A stretch of 64,000 nt of DNA from Psammoneis japonica. Taxonomy: Eukaryota. The stretch is taken from contig QPGO01000066.1 of assembly GCA_008632985.1 (NCBI GenBank), positions 1 to 64,000 on the forward strand, read 5' to 3'. The notes beneath the pieces were generated by a model. That model had not been told where the DNA came from and searched no databases. It worked only from the letters and a program-made list of their open reading frames with translations. Each line of letters starts with the position of its first letter. The first letter of the stretch is position 1. The position numbers and the translations under genes were made by a program. This document shows positions 12,578-24,899 of this stretch, in pieces.

Positions 12578-13697
12578 TCAATTCTTTCTCGAGTACTCTC
12601 CTCCCGCCACAAGACTCACGATATTTGAGATGCTCTTTCTCTTGCTGAGTGTTCTTCCCGATTGAATCTTTTGAATTTCCTTTTGAATCAAATATTGCCT
12701 CCATGCGTCTCTGTATTGGGTATTAAAGACACCGCCCACTGCATAGGCTGGAGCGATTCGAGCAATGCGTGCCGAAACGACCGAAGTAAAGCCCTGCAGC
12801 AGAAATCGTGTGCGATCTCGAAAGGCCGCCATTCTAGTCGAGTTTTCCATGGGTCGATTGTAAAAGTCCAGTCCCAACATTTGAATGGGCCCCACGACAA
12901 ATTGGGTCGCAATGGGACACGCCACTTGGGAAACGCGCTTGGCTGTTACCGGATCCATGTCGGCCTCTTCTTGGAGAGTCTTGCCGAGCATGTCGGGTAG
13001 AATAAAGGATGATCCCACCACTAGACAATCTCGGGTCGCCCAGAGTGCATAGGTAATGTAAGGCATGCTGGCCACTCCAGAAGTGCCATACATGCGGGCA
13101 TAGGCTCTATCTTTCCACAGTGACGCCAAGGAATTCACACTGTGGTCCTGCAAACACGCCAAACTGACCAAACGATACTGAACTACTCTTGTGCTTCTCG
13201 GATGAATTGTGTTGTTTGGATTGCATTTCTTCATGGTGCAAATGCTCAGCAACCGTCTTGAGGGAATTCGCCGTGGCATACGTGGCAGCGTAGACACCCC
13301 ACATCATGAGAAAGGTCGGACTCTTGATAAAGGTGATTGGATTGCGCACCATGTGGGACACCGATTGGATGGCTGATGCAAATATCGATTTCTGCGTCCC
13401 TGCCGAGTGTTGCACAATGGCTTTGTCAACGACACACATAAACGGCGCGACGCCAAAGGTCACTCCGGCTGCCACGGCAACATCTCCAAAGATTCGTTCC
13501 TTTAAATTTCCAGAGTGCAAAAGGCGGGTGTAGGTTTCAGATATTTTTGTGTTTTGCCGTTGAATGCCATTCAAATTTCTTGGAGGCAAATTATTTGAGA
13601 TGGTGTTGCTACTTCTTGAAAAGTCATCCGCTACAACAGAAGTTCCAAGCACTTGTTGTTGCTCCCGCGACATGATAGGATCTTGTGGATTTCTCAT
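12578..13697 (-). CDS. Conserved hypothetical membrane protein (frameshift near 13145)
   Basis: ORFs 13107-13805 and 12578-13297 join into one protein (APFMCVVDKAIVQ, WGVYAATYATANS, LWKDRAYARMYG, ALWATRDCLVVGSSF). Confidence 0.65.
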
Positions 13698-14117
13698 GGC
13701 TATATCTTTCTTGTACACGAAAAGCTTCTTTTGAATTGTGAGCAAGCAAGACAGGCCTAAGGTATTCAGCAATTGAATTCGAGCAACAATTCTCTCGCAG
13801 GCCAAAATGATGTTCTACACTCTTTCGTCCTTGTATGGGTCTAGTTGTTCTTGGGATGAGTGAACTGATTCTTGTAAGGTCGAAGAAAGGAAAGCACGAG
13901 ATTCATTCAGAATTCGAACAACAGATTGTTCTCAGGCCGAAATGCTCGTCAAAATGTGAGCAGTATGAACAAGTTGGTCACTTCAGTAGAACTCACGTGA
14001 GACCACAGTATGTGACGTAATCATTTCTGTGAACAAACTTCTGACGTGTCCGTTGAGTCATGGGTGTTCGAACTATGAATAATGAGTTCTTGTGCTTTCT
14101 CATGAGTCGATGTTAGT

Positions 14118-14185
14118 TAGATAGATACATACTGTAGAAAGATAGACAGATGCTGTAGATAGATAGATAGATCGATAGAAGATAG
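14118..14185. repeat. Imperfect (TAGA)n microsatellite
   Basis: Runs of tagatagata are visible in the intergenic region. Confidence 0.7.
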
Positions 14186-14439
14186 ACCGGCACTTGTGAG
14201 TTTGCCGGATCATGGTGTACTTCGTCTTCTAGAGTTTCATTCGACTTTTTTCAGTTCAAAAAGTGCCACGCCGGCCGATGTGGGAACTGATGGACTCCGT
14301 ATGAATTCGTGTGTTCCGTAGATAGGATGTGTTGTCAAAGATACATTAAATTCGTTTAGTAAGTAAGTAAAAAATGCAATAACAGCGGAAGCACGGGGGC
14401 GAATGTGAAGGTCGGACATGTGAGACGTCACAACGCCTC

Positions 14440-17055
14440 TCACGTTTCTGCAAACACTTCGACCATCTTCCCATTGCTTGACCTGGCCAGTTCTCGAGCA
14501 ACTGCCATCAAAAAATCGAACTCCACCTGCTTGAATGCACAAAGACTAACTTTCTTGAGTTCGTCATACCCTTCAAATTTCGCGATCCTTTCAACTGCAA
14601 TCTTTAAGGGCCTTTCCAAGTCTCCGCCAGCGCGGTGCCCTGCACTGATTAAGGAGAATCCAATCGCCTCTATGCCTTTATCCTTTGCGCAACCAAGGCT
14701 AAAGTCGTAAGCAGAACGGAGCAAGTAGTCCTTCTCAGTCAAGGTATCTTGACTGTCTCCCTTGGCATAGGACGGGCCAACCGCAAAGATGACGTACTCA
14801 ACGTTGAGATCCCCGTAGAACCGTTTTTCGATTGCGGGGCCAATAATTCTGGCTTGACCTGTCGGACACCGTATGTCGTCATCGGTCGATTCATCATCAA
14901 GCCGTTTCACGTGACGATGAAATTCACGACCTCCGGCTTCGTGGACAGCACCAGCCACCGACTGCAAGCATGGGCTACGGCAGGTTTCATTGGTGGTGCA
15001 AACAATGGCAGACGTTCCTTCCGAATTCAGATTTGAAAAGTCTGTCACTGCTGAGCGAGTGATACTTAATGTGAATTCGGGGTCTGCGTCCCCGTTTGAA
15101 ATAGTAAACGAATTCGTAGATCGTGACCATCCTTGAGTCCGCCCGGGTGAAGAAGAATCCTGATTGTCTCCTGAGACAGACTTTGGACTACAAGCTTGGT
15201 GTTCATCGTTTCGCCCCCCTTCAGCTTTTTCCTCGGCAATCTTTTCGTTCCTGATTTTTTCTTTGAGAATTTGCATCTCTGCACTGAGCACTTTGGCCCG
15301 GTCATGTTGCCCCAATTTATCTTCTTCGTCTCTGCGCACGTACAATTCTTTAAATCTCAAATCGAGCTCTTCCATTGGAGGGAGCACTTTTCGCAACTGC
15401 GCTAACTCATCCAATTCTACCTTCAGTTCAGCTGCTTGTCCGGGGTCCCCATCTTCTCGAGCATCCATGTACTGTCCATGGATTCGTTTCCACTGTCGTT
15501 CCAAATCGACGCGAGTGGTAAAGTTACCCCTTGGAAACTCTTTTCGTTCTGCTATTTTGATCAATTCTTCGTACTGCTTTGTAGTTATGACCTCCGCCTT
15601 AAAACAAATCCTTTGCGGGTTCCCCTCTCCAATCAGGGAGAATATATCCAAGCATCGTTTGGACATGGCGTCACAGACCCGTGTCGCAAAGGCATGGGGG
15701 TGGGGTTCTGGTTGGAGGGGAACCAGCAATTTCGCAAACGATTCTGGTGAAGCAATCTTCGTAGAATGCCCATTGCGCACAAGCTTGCACCGGCTGCCAA
15801 ACAGTAGAGCAGAAGCAAGCATCGTCAAAGGGCCTGGATCCAAACGGATTTTCGGTCCAAGGTTCTCGGATCGTATCTCTTGGCCAGAGGGATTCACGAG
15901 AACAATCGAAGTTTGAGATGGGTCGGCACGCATAATCTCAAGGGCGCAACGTAACTTTTGCGTTGATTGATTGGGCACACCTCGGCCATCGATGAATATG
16001 AGGGGTTTTCGCATACCACGTAACTGGCGTGCAGCATCATGGCAGGTTGCCAAGAATCCATCACTATCTTGCCGAACGTCGTATCGAATTATACCCTCCA
16101 TGACATCAGAAAGCGCCTCCAATGCATGAGTACCAGGGCACAGTTGCTGGGCAGATGGCAACCAAAAGATCTCATTGAAGAGAAACGCATCCTTGCGTTC
16201 ACCAATATAGGAACATACCGCTTTAGCTAGGGTTGACTTCCCAATTCCTGGCTCTCCAGAAATTTGAATGAATTTGTGGTCCTTGAGATTGCGAATAACG
16301 TCGTACATGGCCATCTCCCGACCAAAGATTTCGTCTGGAAACAAAGGCAGCAGCGCTTCTGCCTGAGGTGTGACGGATGTTCCGACATTGAAAGGCGGCT
16401 GGCTTTCGAAAAAGATCTGTACGTTGTGATAAGGGCTTGCTTCTGGCATCTTTGGTAGAAGCTCAAACTTGGAACTAGAGCCTCCCATTAGTCCCACAGC
16501 TTTCGTGGCCACGTTGAACGCCTGCCGCAAGTGCTGCCCACAGGCAAGGTGCAGATACAAGTTTTGTGTAAAATAAACACCCTCTGAATCTACTACTGCA
16601 TCATTACAGCAAACCACATGGGGTATTCCAGCTTCAACAAAAGCCTGTCCGACTTCAAGAGAGTTGCACGACGTTACAACAACAAGCTTCAAATGCTTTG
16701 GACCACTCGCGAAAAACTCCTTCAGCTCATCCACTTTCAGCGGGTGCACCGTCCCGACATCTTCCAGAGAAATGCAATCCTTTCCGCCGTGGCCATAGTA
16801 GTGTAACACACGGCTGTCAGACGCTGCGAGGATCGCCGAGAGCCTGAACACGGATGCCTTTTCAAACGATACTTGAATCCTGCGAGAGGTTTTGCTCTCT
16901 GCTTCGTCGATCGCTCTCAACAGCGATAGCTTTCCGTGTTCATAATCCGGCGGTTGAACAAATGGTTTGAGCTTTTGATCGTGCTTGTCTTTGTAAACTA
17001 AAGGGTGTGATTGAAGAACAATTATCCGATCACAAACGGCTTTCGTTTCTTCCAT
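14440..17055 (-). CDS. CHAT (caspase-like) domain + STAND/NB-ARC-like P-loop ATPase + coiled coil + macrodomain protein
   Basis: VLHYYGHG and VVVTSCNS (CHAT His/Cys positions), IFGRE...ISGEPGIGKST (Walker A), LIFID (Walker B), and VAGAVHEAGG...CPTGQARI...VIFAVGP...IGFSLISAG (macrodomain). Likely start MEETKAV at 17055; the upstream ORF extension runs into repeat DNA. Confidence 0.8.
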   Translation of the reverse strand: MEETKAVCDRIIVLQSHPLVYKDKHDQKLKPFVQPPDYEHGKLSLLRAIDEAESKTSRRIQVSFEKASVFRLSAILAASDSRVLHYYGHGGKDCISLEDVGTVHPLKVDELKEFFASGPKHLKLVVVTSCNSLEVGQAFVEAGIPHVVCCNDAVVDSEGVYFTQNLYLHLACGQHLRQAFNVATKAVGLMGGSSSKFELLPKMPEASPYHNVQIFFESQPPFNVGTSVTPQAEALLPLFPDEIFGREMAMYDVIRNLKDHKFIQISGEPGIGKSTLAKAVCSYIGERKDAFLFNEIFWLPSAQQLCPGTHALEALSDVMEGIIRYDVRQDSDGFLATCHDAARQLRGMRKPLIFIDGRGVPNQSTQKLRCALEIMRADPSQTSIVLVNPSGQEIRSENLGPKIRLDPGPLTMLASALLFGSRCKLVRNGHSTKIASPESFAKLLVPLQPEPHPHAFATRVCDAMSKRCLDIFSLIGEGNPQRICFKAEVITTKQYEELIKIAERKEFPRGNFTTRVDLERQWKRIHGQYMDAREDGDPGQAAELKVELDELAQLRKVLPPMEELDLRFKELYVRRDEEDKLGQHDRAKVLSAEMQILKEKIRNEKIAEEKAEGGRNDEHQACSPKSVSGDNQDSSSPGRTQGWSRSTNSFTISNGDADPEFTLSITRSAVTDFSNLNSEGTSAIVCTTNETCRSPCLQSVAGAVHEAGGREFHRHVKRLDDESTDDDIRCPTGQARIIGPAIEKRFYGDLNVEYVIFAVGPSYAKGDSQDTLTEKDYLLRSAYDFSLGCAKDKGIEAIGFSLISAGHRAGGDLERPLKIAVERIAKFEGYDELKKVSLCAFKQVEFDFLMAVARELARSSNGKMVEVFAET

Positions 17056-17352
17056 CTTCAGAGTCTGCGTCGATGGCAGTGGGGAAAACCGAGTCAATGT
17101 ATGATATTGCAGAATGTGAGGCTTCGTGCCTACAACGAACTGGTATTTTCTGACCTTGTGCTTGTCGCTTTTGTTTGCTGCGCTCCCCTCAGTGTCTATG
17201 ATGCTTGATGCTTGCTTTTTGTTACGGATGAGAACAAAAATCTTTCGATGTGTTCGCGGATATCTTTCATGGTACAAACTCCCGTCCATTTCTACGCAGG
17301 GACAGATTCCCGCACAAATTCTCACCGATGCGAGCAGGCAGCTCGCTCGCTC

Positions 17353-17440
17353 CAGAGGTGCATAAATCGTCTGTTGTCGCCCCGCGTGCAACGCACGAAT
17401 GCGCGTGTGCGAACGACAACAGACGATTTATGCACCTCTG
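17353..17440. mobile_element. 88-bp MITE with perfect 27-bp TIRs, hAT-like
   Basis: CAGAGGTGCATAAATCGTCTGTTGTCG ... CGACAACAGACGATTTATGCACCTCTG. GGCAGCTC occurs on both sides, the left copy followed by extra GCTC units. The homologous segment near 22050-22080 lacks the insert. Confidence 0.75.
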
Positions 17441-20099
17441 GGCAGCTCCTCCTCCACCTTGTTTTACAGTGTCTGTGGCTGTGCAACAAAATGGCACGGG
17501 CAAGGTGAGTCCAGAGTTCAAGAACTCCAGTGGCATGAAACTGCTGATCTCTGCCATGCCCACATTCATCTCCAAGATCGCAGTTTGAAAGTGAGTTCAA
17601 AGTTGTCCCCCACCCAAACACAAAACCAGCTGCCCTTTTTCAGCAGCACTGTCAGCCAGTGTGAAGGTCACTCCCCTCCAACACGCTGGAGCCACCCCAC
17701 TGAGGCTGTGAGCCTGTGAGAATCTAAGCCATCAAGCAGCACCTTTAAAACCTCACTCCAAAATCTGTGAATCACCTTTGCACAAGCACTTTGAACCCCC
17801 CTCCTCCAGCATCTTCAGCCTTCAGCGTCAATGCATGTCAACCATCAGAGCGGCCTCAAAATCATTGCACGCCACACCCCATCATCTTGGTCAAGTCACC
17901 AAAAAAAGTGAGGTGCTTCATTGAGTCAATCAGTGCAGTGCTCTGCCAGCATGCAACTTTCGCGCAGCTGCCCTGTCAATGGCGCAATTTTTTCTAGAGA
18001 GTGGGCAGCCAGCATGAGTTGTGCGCTGCAGTGTCACAGGGGCTGGGCTCTGCAAAAAGTGGCAGAACACATGCCTTCAATCCAATTGTGCATTTGAGCT
18101 TGAGACATCTGCCCAAAGATGTGACAGCTTTTGCAAGAGTTGCACCCAAATTTGTTTGATCTGCAAGAGAGTCAAGAACAAGCTGATTGGCTGGTCTTGA
18201 TGACCCACAGCTGGCAGGTGAGGCTCAAACCTGGCAGGGCTGTCTGGACTCAAAACAATCAAAAGTGTTCCAAAGGCTCACACAGAATTGAAAATGAGAA
18301 CTTGCTTCAAAAAAGTTGTGCAAACCTGTGCTGTCATGGGAGGAGACAACAGCAGCCTCCCATGCAACAGAGCCCATTGAAGGAGAAAGCCAAGTGCTGT
18401 GCCTTGCCAGCCACAGCAACAAGGGCGGTGGGTGAGTGCTGTGCAAGAAAACAGCCTTTTGAAAAAATGGGTGAGGGGGAGCTGCTCCACAAACTGACTT
18501 GTGTTGAGCTGACTCATCTGCAACAATGACCCAGGTGTGATCATGTGACAAGGCCAAAGGCATCAAAGAGTGCTTTCTTGGTGTTGGTGTTGCTGCGGTG
18601 CTGGCTGGGGCAGTGCAAAAAATCACCTTTCACTCTCAAAAGAAAAATTTGAAAATGTGTTTTTTTCAATGGGAATCTTTCAAAAATGACCTTTGATGCA
18701 CTGCAGAATCCACATGGCTTTGGACTGAAACGGCTCTGGTGTTCACACAAATTGTGCAAAAATGAACTTGACTGTTGTTGGGTCAGGCGCACTTTGCAAA
18801 TGTGTTGAAGCAAAATGTGCCTGACCACACAACAGCAAAGTCCATTTTTTTTTTGCCAAGAGCCAAATTTCACCTGAGACAGACAAACAAACTTGTCAAC
18901 AATCAGTCTTGGCAGTGCTGCTTGGCACAGTTTCTGTGCAATGACTCTGCAGTGTAAAGATTGCTGTTGATGGCACACTGGGCCAAAATGGTGTGTTGTG
19001 CTGGCACTGCATTGCAAAAACCCGGTGCTCAGCTTTCTTCATGAGGTGAGGACAGAGGAGCTGGTGCAGCAAGTTGACAAAATGCAGCAGCTGTTTGACA
19101 AACAAGGGCACCACAAAGACATTGAACAAATCCTGTCTTTGCCAGCCAACATTGAAACGACAAAGTCCCCAAAGAGCTGCCATTGTTGAGCAACTGGGGC
19201 TTGTTGTGTGGAAATGGCTGTGTCCAAGAGTGCGCTGTGACACAACAGAGAGGTGGTTTTGCAGGTTTTTTTAAGCAAGCCAGTGCCACCACAATGTGTG
19301 AGAGCCCAGGACTCAAAAAGTGCACTCACACTCTGCCTGCACAACAAAAATCACACTGACAAAGTGAAGGCAGTTGCAGCTGTTGAAAGATTCTTGAAGG
19401 TGAAGGTGACAGGTTGGGCCAGAGCTCTGACAAGCTCAAGCTGCAAAAACAAATGCAAGGCAAAGAGGTGCCGCTGCTCATGGAGGCTGTCAACCAGGAG
19501 ACTGCAATCTGATTCATTGTTTTTTTGTTTCTTGGCTGGGGTCTTTTGTGCATCCAAATTGCTCAGCAAAAAGAAATCTCCATGGGAGATCCTCCCTCTG
19601 TCTTGAACCACAGATCAAGTCAAGTTGCACATGATGCATTGACAAAAATGGATCCTTCACAAGTCACATGGCCAAGTTGCAGACATTCAGATTGGGTGTT
19701 TGTCAAGTGACGAACTGCTTGCAGCTGGAGAGGATCAAGCACAACATGCCTTTGCTCAGTCCATGTGCGCACACATGTTTGCAGATGCAGAATTTGGGTG
19801 ATGTCCATCGACCTCAGTGGTGCACTCAAAAAAGAATTTTGGTGCACAGCATTCATGTGGAGTGCAGATTCCCTTGCCGTGTTCTACAAAAGAGAGAAGT
19901 GCAACAAGCAGCAGGTGATTTGCCCCGGATCCACAATGATCCCGGCACAGCTCAACTCATTGTCAATGTCTCTCAGGCTGTTTAGATGGACTGATCCCAA
20001 AGTTTCTGAATGTGCAGTGTGTGCTTTCTGCAAATGTTGTCTGGCAAGTTGCGGAACAGCATTTGTTCGAAATGCGGGGGTTTGTTTGTCATTTTAGGA

Positions 20100-21050
20100 A
20101 ATTGACCCTCAGCACATTTACACTCAAGAATGGCTCCATCAAGATGGTCATTTCTCCTGATCACAAGTCCCAAGCAGACAACGCTTCCAAAAAATAAGAA
20201 AAAGAGACGTTGTTCTTCAAAAGAGGATCTTGATCAAGGGCTGTTCCACCACCCCTTTCCATTGATGTTAGAAATGTGAGAAGCTTGAAACCACACACTC
20301 CAACCTTTTTCAGAGACTGGTTGACAGGTGCCATTTGATGCACAAGATCCCCATCAAATTGAAGTGCAGTGCACTCAGGGTGGAACTTTTGCAAAAGATG
20401 AAATCTGCTCTTGTTCAGAGCCTTTGTCCGAACCTGTGCTCGGCTCACACCGGAGTGTTCCAGATCATTGGCGTTGATTGAATCTTGAGCTTCAAAAACC
20501 GCAAATTTGTTGACAATCTTTCCATCAGGGATGCAAACCAGTTGCACATGTGCAGCCCAATGGAAGTCAATGATTTCTTCACTGGAATCAAACTCTGTGA
20601 TTGGTCCATCAAAGAGCATTTGTGCCTTGCCCTTGGTGAAGAACTGTGAGAGTTCTTTGCTGGGAATTGCCTTCTGATAAAAAACCTTGTCATCTTGGCA
20701 TCAAGAGAACTTGAGCACAAACAGATGATCATCTGGAGAATGCTTCAATGGGTGCAAGGGGAATTCTTCTTCTTCCGTCCACGAGATTCTTCCCACAGAT
20801 GGCACCACAAGCTTCCGGAATGTTTCCTCTGTTGTCATGCCTGTAGAGTTCATGGCAAACTGCATGTCTTCCAAGGTCCATTCATTGGCACACAAGCACC
20901 GCCAGACGTCCTGAAGATTGTTGCCAAACACACCGTGCATCAAGTGTTTGTTGGCAAACAGGAGCAAACGGCCTGGCATCATGGTGTCAACAAAGCTGCT
21001 CTCAGAGACAAGTTTGAATGCTGTGCTTTTGCCATCACCTGAATGAGCTG
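20100..21050 (-). pseudogene. Decayed ORF of an unknown protein, interrupted by in-frame TGA stops; partial second copy at ~36720-36870
   Basis: ORFs 20701-21132 and 20161-20619 lie in the same frame. LLKNNVSFSYFLEALSAWDL is matched by LLEKNVSFAHFLEALSSWDL in ORF 36488-36958. Confidence 0.5.
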
Positions 21051-24000
21051 ACCTCACACATTTGTTGGGAGGTGTCATGGTTTCAATGTGGGTTGAATGA
21101 CACCTTTGGCTTGTGGGGTTCAATTGAAACATTGCGGTGCTGTGTCAAGCAGCAACAGGCAACAGCAATGTGGCAACAGCCACACGCAGCAGCAGGCAGC
21201 GCCTCACGAACGAGACTTCTGTCATTTGTTCCCACCAGTCTCATTGCACAACATTGCATCTCCACAGGGTCCCGTCCCCGTTTGTCTCACGACTTGCAGG
21301 TGTTTGCATCAAGATGACTGGGCTGACTTCTTTCCTTCTTCTTGCACACACTCTTGAGGGGCACGTTGAATGGAAAGTTTAAAATTTGCAACCACATCCA
21401 CAACATCTTTTGGGTGGATTGGGGCACTCATGGCCACATTGCTTGCATGTGCCCGGGGTGTTGCGGAGCTGTTGGCAAGAGAGTTTGGCGCCATTCACAG
21501 CACAGGGGGGAGGGGTTGGGCTTGCTCCTCATGGCTGATGGCCACGCACTGGTCTTGGCACCACACCTTCTTGTTCTTGGTGCCCAGGCCATTTTACCCA
21601 GGAGAGTGTGAAGAACAGACCCAAGTTTCTCACCACTCAATTTGGCAACACTTCTGATGTCAATGACGTGCAGCAATGCTGCCCACAGCTGTGTGCAAGA
21701 GCTGTGCCAGTTTTGTGAGTTGGTGCTCTGACCCCTGTCCATGGCTGTGCATTGCTGCATGAAGTGGTGCAAATTTGAAGATTGGGTTGAATTGTCAGAT
21801 TGGCCACTGGCAGTTGCAGACAGTGGAGGGTTTGGTGGCCTTGGCTGACAAGTCTTGCTGAAAGCTTGTCACATGCTTCCTTGCTGCACTCCTTGTCCTT
21901 GCTTGTTGTTGCAATGTGAGGCAAGGTGAGAACAATCTTTCCATGCACATGCCATGATGTTGTGTTCTCTGCATGACTTTCTTGGTGCAAAACTCCTGTG
22001 AATTTCTGCATGGGGAACAAATCGTCATCCCGCCCAAATTCTCACCAATGCGGGCAAAGCAGACAGCTCCTCCTCCAGCTTGTTTTTCTTTTTTTGCTGT
22101 GTGCAACATGGGATGATCCACAGTTCAAGAACTCTTGTGGCATGAAACTGCTTCAGGGAGTGCACCACATGCCTCTCTGCATTTCCTCCATGGGGTTCTG
22201 TGCACAGTGTGAGGAGCAGAGGTCAGGAGTGCAGGCAGGGGGACACAACAAGAAGCTGCAGCTGGCATGTGTGGGAAATGATGCCAAACGTTGGTGGGGG
22301 CAGGAGTTTCTCTCCTAAAATCATTTCACTGACAAATCTTTCATGCCCACCCTCATTTCCAAGATCACAGTTTTTGACTTCAAAGGTGTCCCAAGGTGCC
22401 GCGCCACACCACTTTGTTGCTTGGGTTGTTGTGCTGCCTCTCTTTCTCCAAAATCGAGTTGCCAAATGCCATCACCACAACCAAGTTTTTCAAAATGTGA
22501 AATGCTTTGCTGTGCCATTTCAGTGCCATGCAATTGTTGTGCACCAATGCCACCCATGATGTTTTTCCAGAACCCAGCTTCTGGCTCTGCGTGCACCAGT
22601 TGTTGGCTTTGTGGCAGTGCTCTGCAGCATGAGAGGAGTCTGGCTCCACAAAAGCAGGGTTCACACACCTTTGATCCACAGATGCCCTTGAGCATGAGAC
22701 ATCTGCTTGAAGTCACACTGGCTTTTGGCAGAGTTGTTTCTAGATTTGTTGGATCTGTGACAAGAGCAAAGAACAAGCTGGTTGGCTGGTCTTGAAAATC
22801 TGCAGCCAACTTGCAAGGCACACAGACCTGTGCAGGAAAGAGATCTTTGATTCTCCTTGAGAGTTTCAGCACAAACATGAGCCACAAGGCAGCTGTGTGG
22901 GTTTGTGGAGCAAGCCAGCACTCCTGGAGTGTGTGAGAGCCAAGACTCAAAAAGCACTTTTGCTGCCTGCACCACAAAAATCACACTGCTGATGATGTGA
23001 AAGCAGCTGCCAATGACAATGAGGAGCATGTTTTTAAAAGAAATGCTGAGAGTGGAAGTGAGCTGAAAAGCACAATGAGAGGGCTGCAAAGAAAGAGCAA
23101 GTGACAAGCTGCCAGCATTGACAAATGATGCACAGCCAGAAATTTCAGGGTCAAAGTCATTGAGGAAAAAGAAGAGAGCCCAAAAATTCATTGTGGGCAT
23201 TGTTCGAGAATCAGCTGCTTCTGACGGAGCTGTTGGTTGCTGTTGGTGGCTGTTGGCTGGCTCTCCTTCTCTCTCTTGGTCTTGCAAGGAGCATCAAAAA
23301 GCCACACACTGGAAATGCAGGGGTGCAAAGAAGGACCCCACATCAAGATTCCAAATTTGCCAAGACTTGTGAGTCCTCGTTTGAAGATCATTAGCGGGGT
23401 TTTGAGCAGGCCAACAGAGTGCGCTGTGTCAAGAGCAAAGATGCAAACACACTTCTCATCTTCACAACAGCTTTGGAAAAAAGACTTCTGTGATGCAGGC
23501 AAGGGGATCAAATGAAAGATGCAGCGATGCAGTGGATGAGCAAAGCAGCAGATGACTGAAAAAGCAAAGACACCAGGCATCACCCCAGGACTGTCAACCA
23601 GGAGATTGCAATCTGATTTCTGTTGTCATTTTTCATTTTTTGTGCTGAAAATGACAGTTTCTCATTTTTGGGGTTCAGCGTGGGTGCAGCAGGGTGAAAG
23701 TGTGCTCAAGCAAGATCACAGTGAGCTCCTTTTTGTGCACATGTGTGCGACGCTGTTGCGAAGTCACCAGAAACAATTTGGAGTGCTTCGCATCTCACTC
23801 AGCCATTGTGACAAATGGGGTCACTTGAAAAAACTGCGGATGCGTTGAGCAAGCAAAGAGCACTGCAATCTCTCCACAACATCACATGTGAAACTCCCTC
23901 CACTCTGTTCCTTGCAATGGCTCAAAGGATCTCCTGAAGATCTCACACACAACTTTGACCTCTGTGTGTTGATTCAACCAAATTGTCTGGGATGTGTTGT

Positions 24001-24899
24001 TCATGTCACTCCCGCCAAAAACAACACCTTTTGCCTTGAAGGCCGTGATTTCAACAAGCATTGCATCTCCACAGCCTTTGAAGACTTTGAACACAACACG
24101 TGGGCCGCGGATGAGTTTGCGGCACTTGTTTTGCATTCAAATCTACAGTGGCGACTAAATGCACATAGAATGAGTGCTGAAAAATGCCAGTGTGCCACGT
24201 AAAAAGTGCGCTGTGATGACGCACTCCACACACAAGCATCAATCATCAACCCTCTCTTTTTGGCATTGGAGCAAGGATCGGAACATTGTTGTGTTGCACA
24301 CAACTCCAAGTGAAGGCAAAGCCATTGTCAGCTTCCTGTGCATTGCAATGATCCCTTTTGTCATGTGTGTTGCTTCTGCCAAAGGCATGTCTGTTTGCTC
24401 TCTCTTGGATTGTGTGATCGCTGCTCTTCAGGACCTCCTGCTGTCCACAACGAAAAGATTCTGATGCAAGAACAAGAAGATTCACTGAGTGCATTTTTTC
24501 TTCTATTTCTTCCACCAAAGTTCTCTGTCTCTTCAGTTTGACTTGTCAACAATGTTGCAATTGCTGCTTGTTGAATCAATTGCATGCTGCTGAGCACTCC
24601 ATGAAACTTTTTCGCTCCTCCTCCACATTGTTTCCTGGTCTCTTCTTTCACAGTCGCTTCTTCCACCTTTTGACCACACTGATGACAATCCTCCTGACGC
24701 CTTTGGCCAGCTTGATTGAAGCTTTCTTTTCTCATTGTGACAGCTTTGCCATGGCAGCAGTGCAAGAAAGCAAGGATGATCAGTTGGTGGTGGTGGATGG
24801 ATGTGGCCAGGAGAACAGCTTGGCTCCTGGCGCGAGCTCATCAACAGTTGGAGAAATCTCACATGACAGCAAGAGCAACAGAGAGGCATTGTTCACTCT

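Noticed and set aside
15164..15916. 250-aa plus-strand ORF
   Set aside because: Antisense shadow of the CHAT-STAND-macro gene with no motifs of its own.
17056..17391. N-terminal 112 aa of the 983-aa ORF
   Set aside because: It runs through a MITE and duplicated repeat DNA from a non-ATG start; the ATG at 17055 is more plausible.
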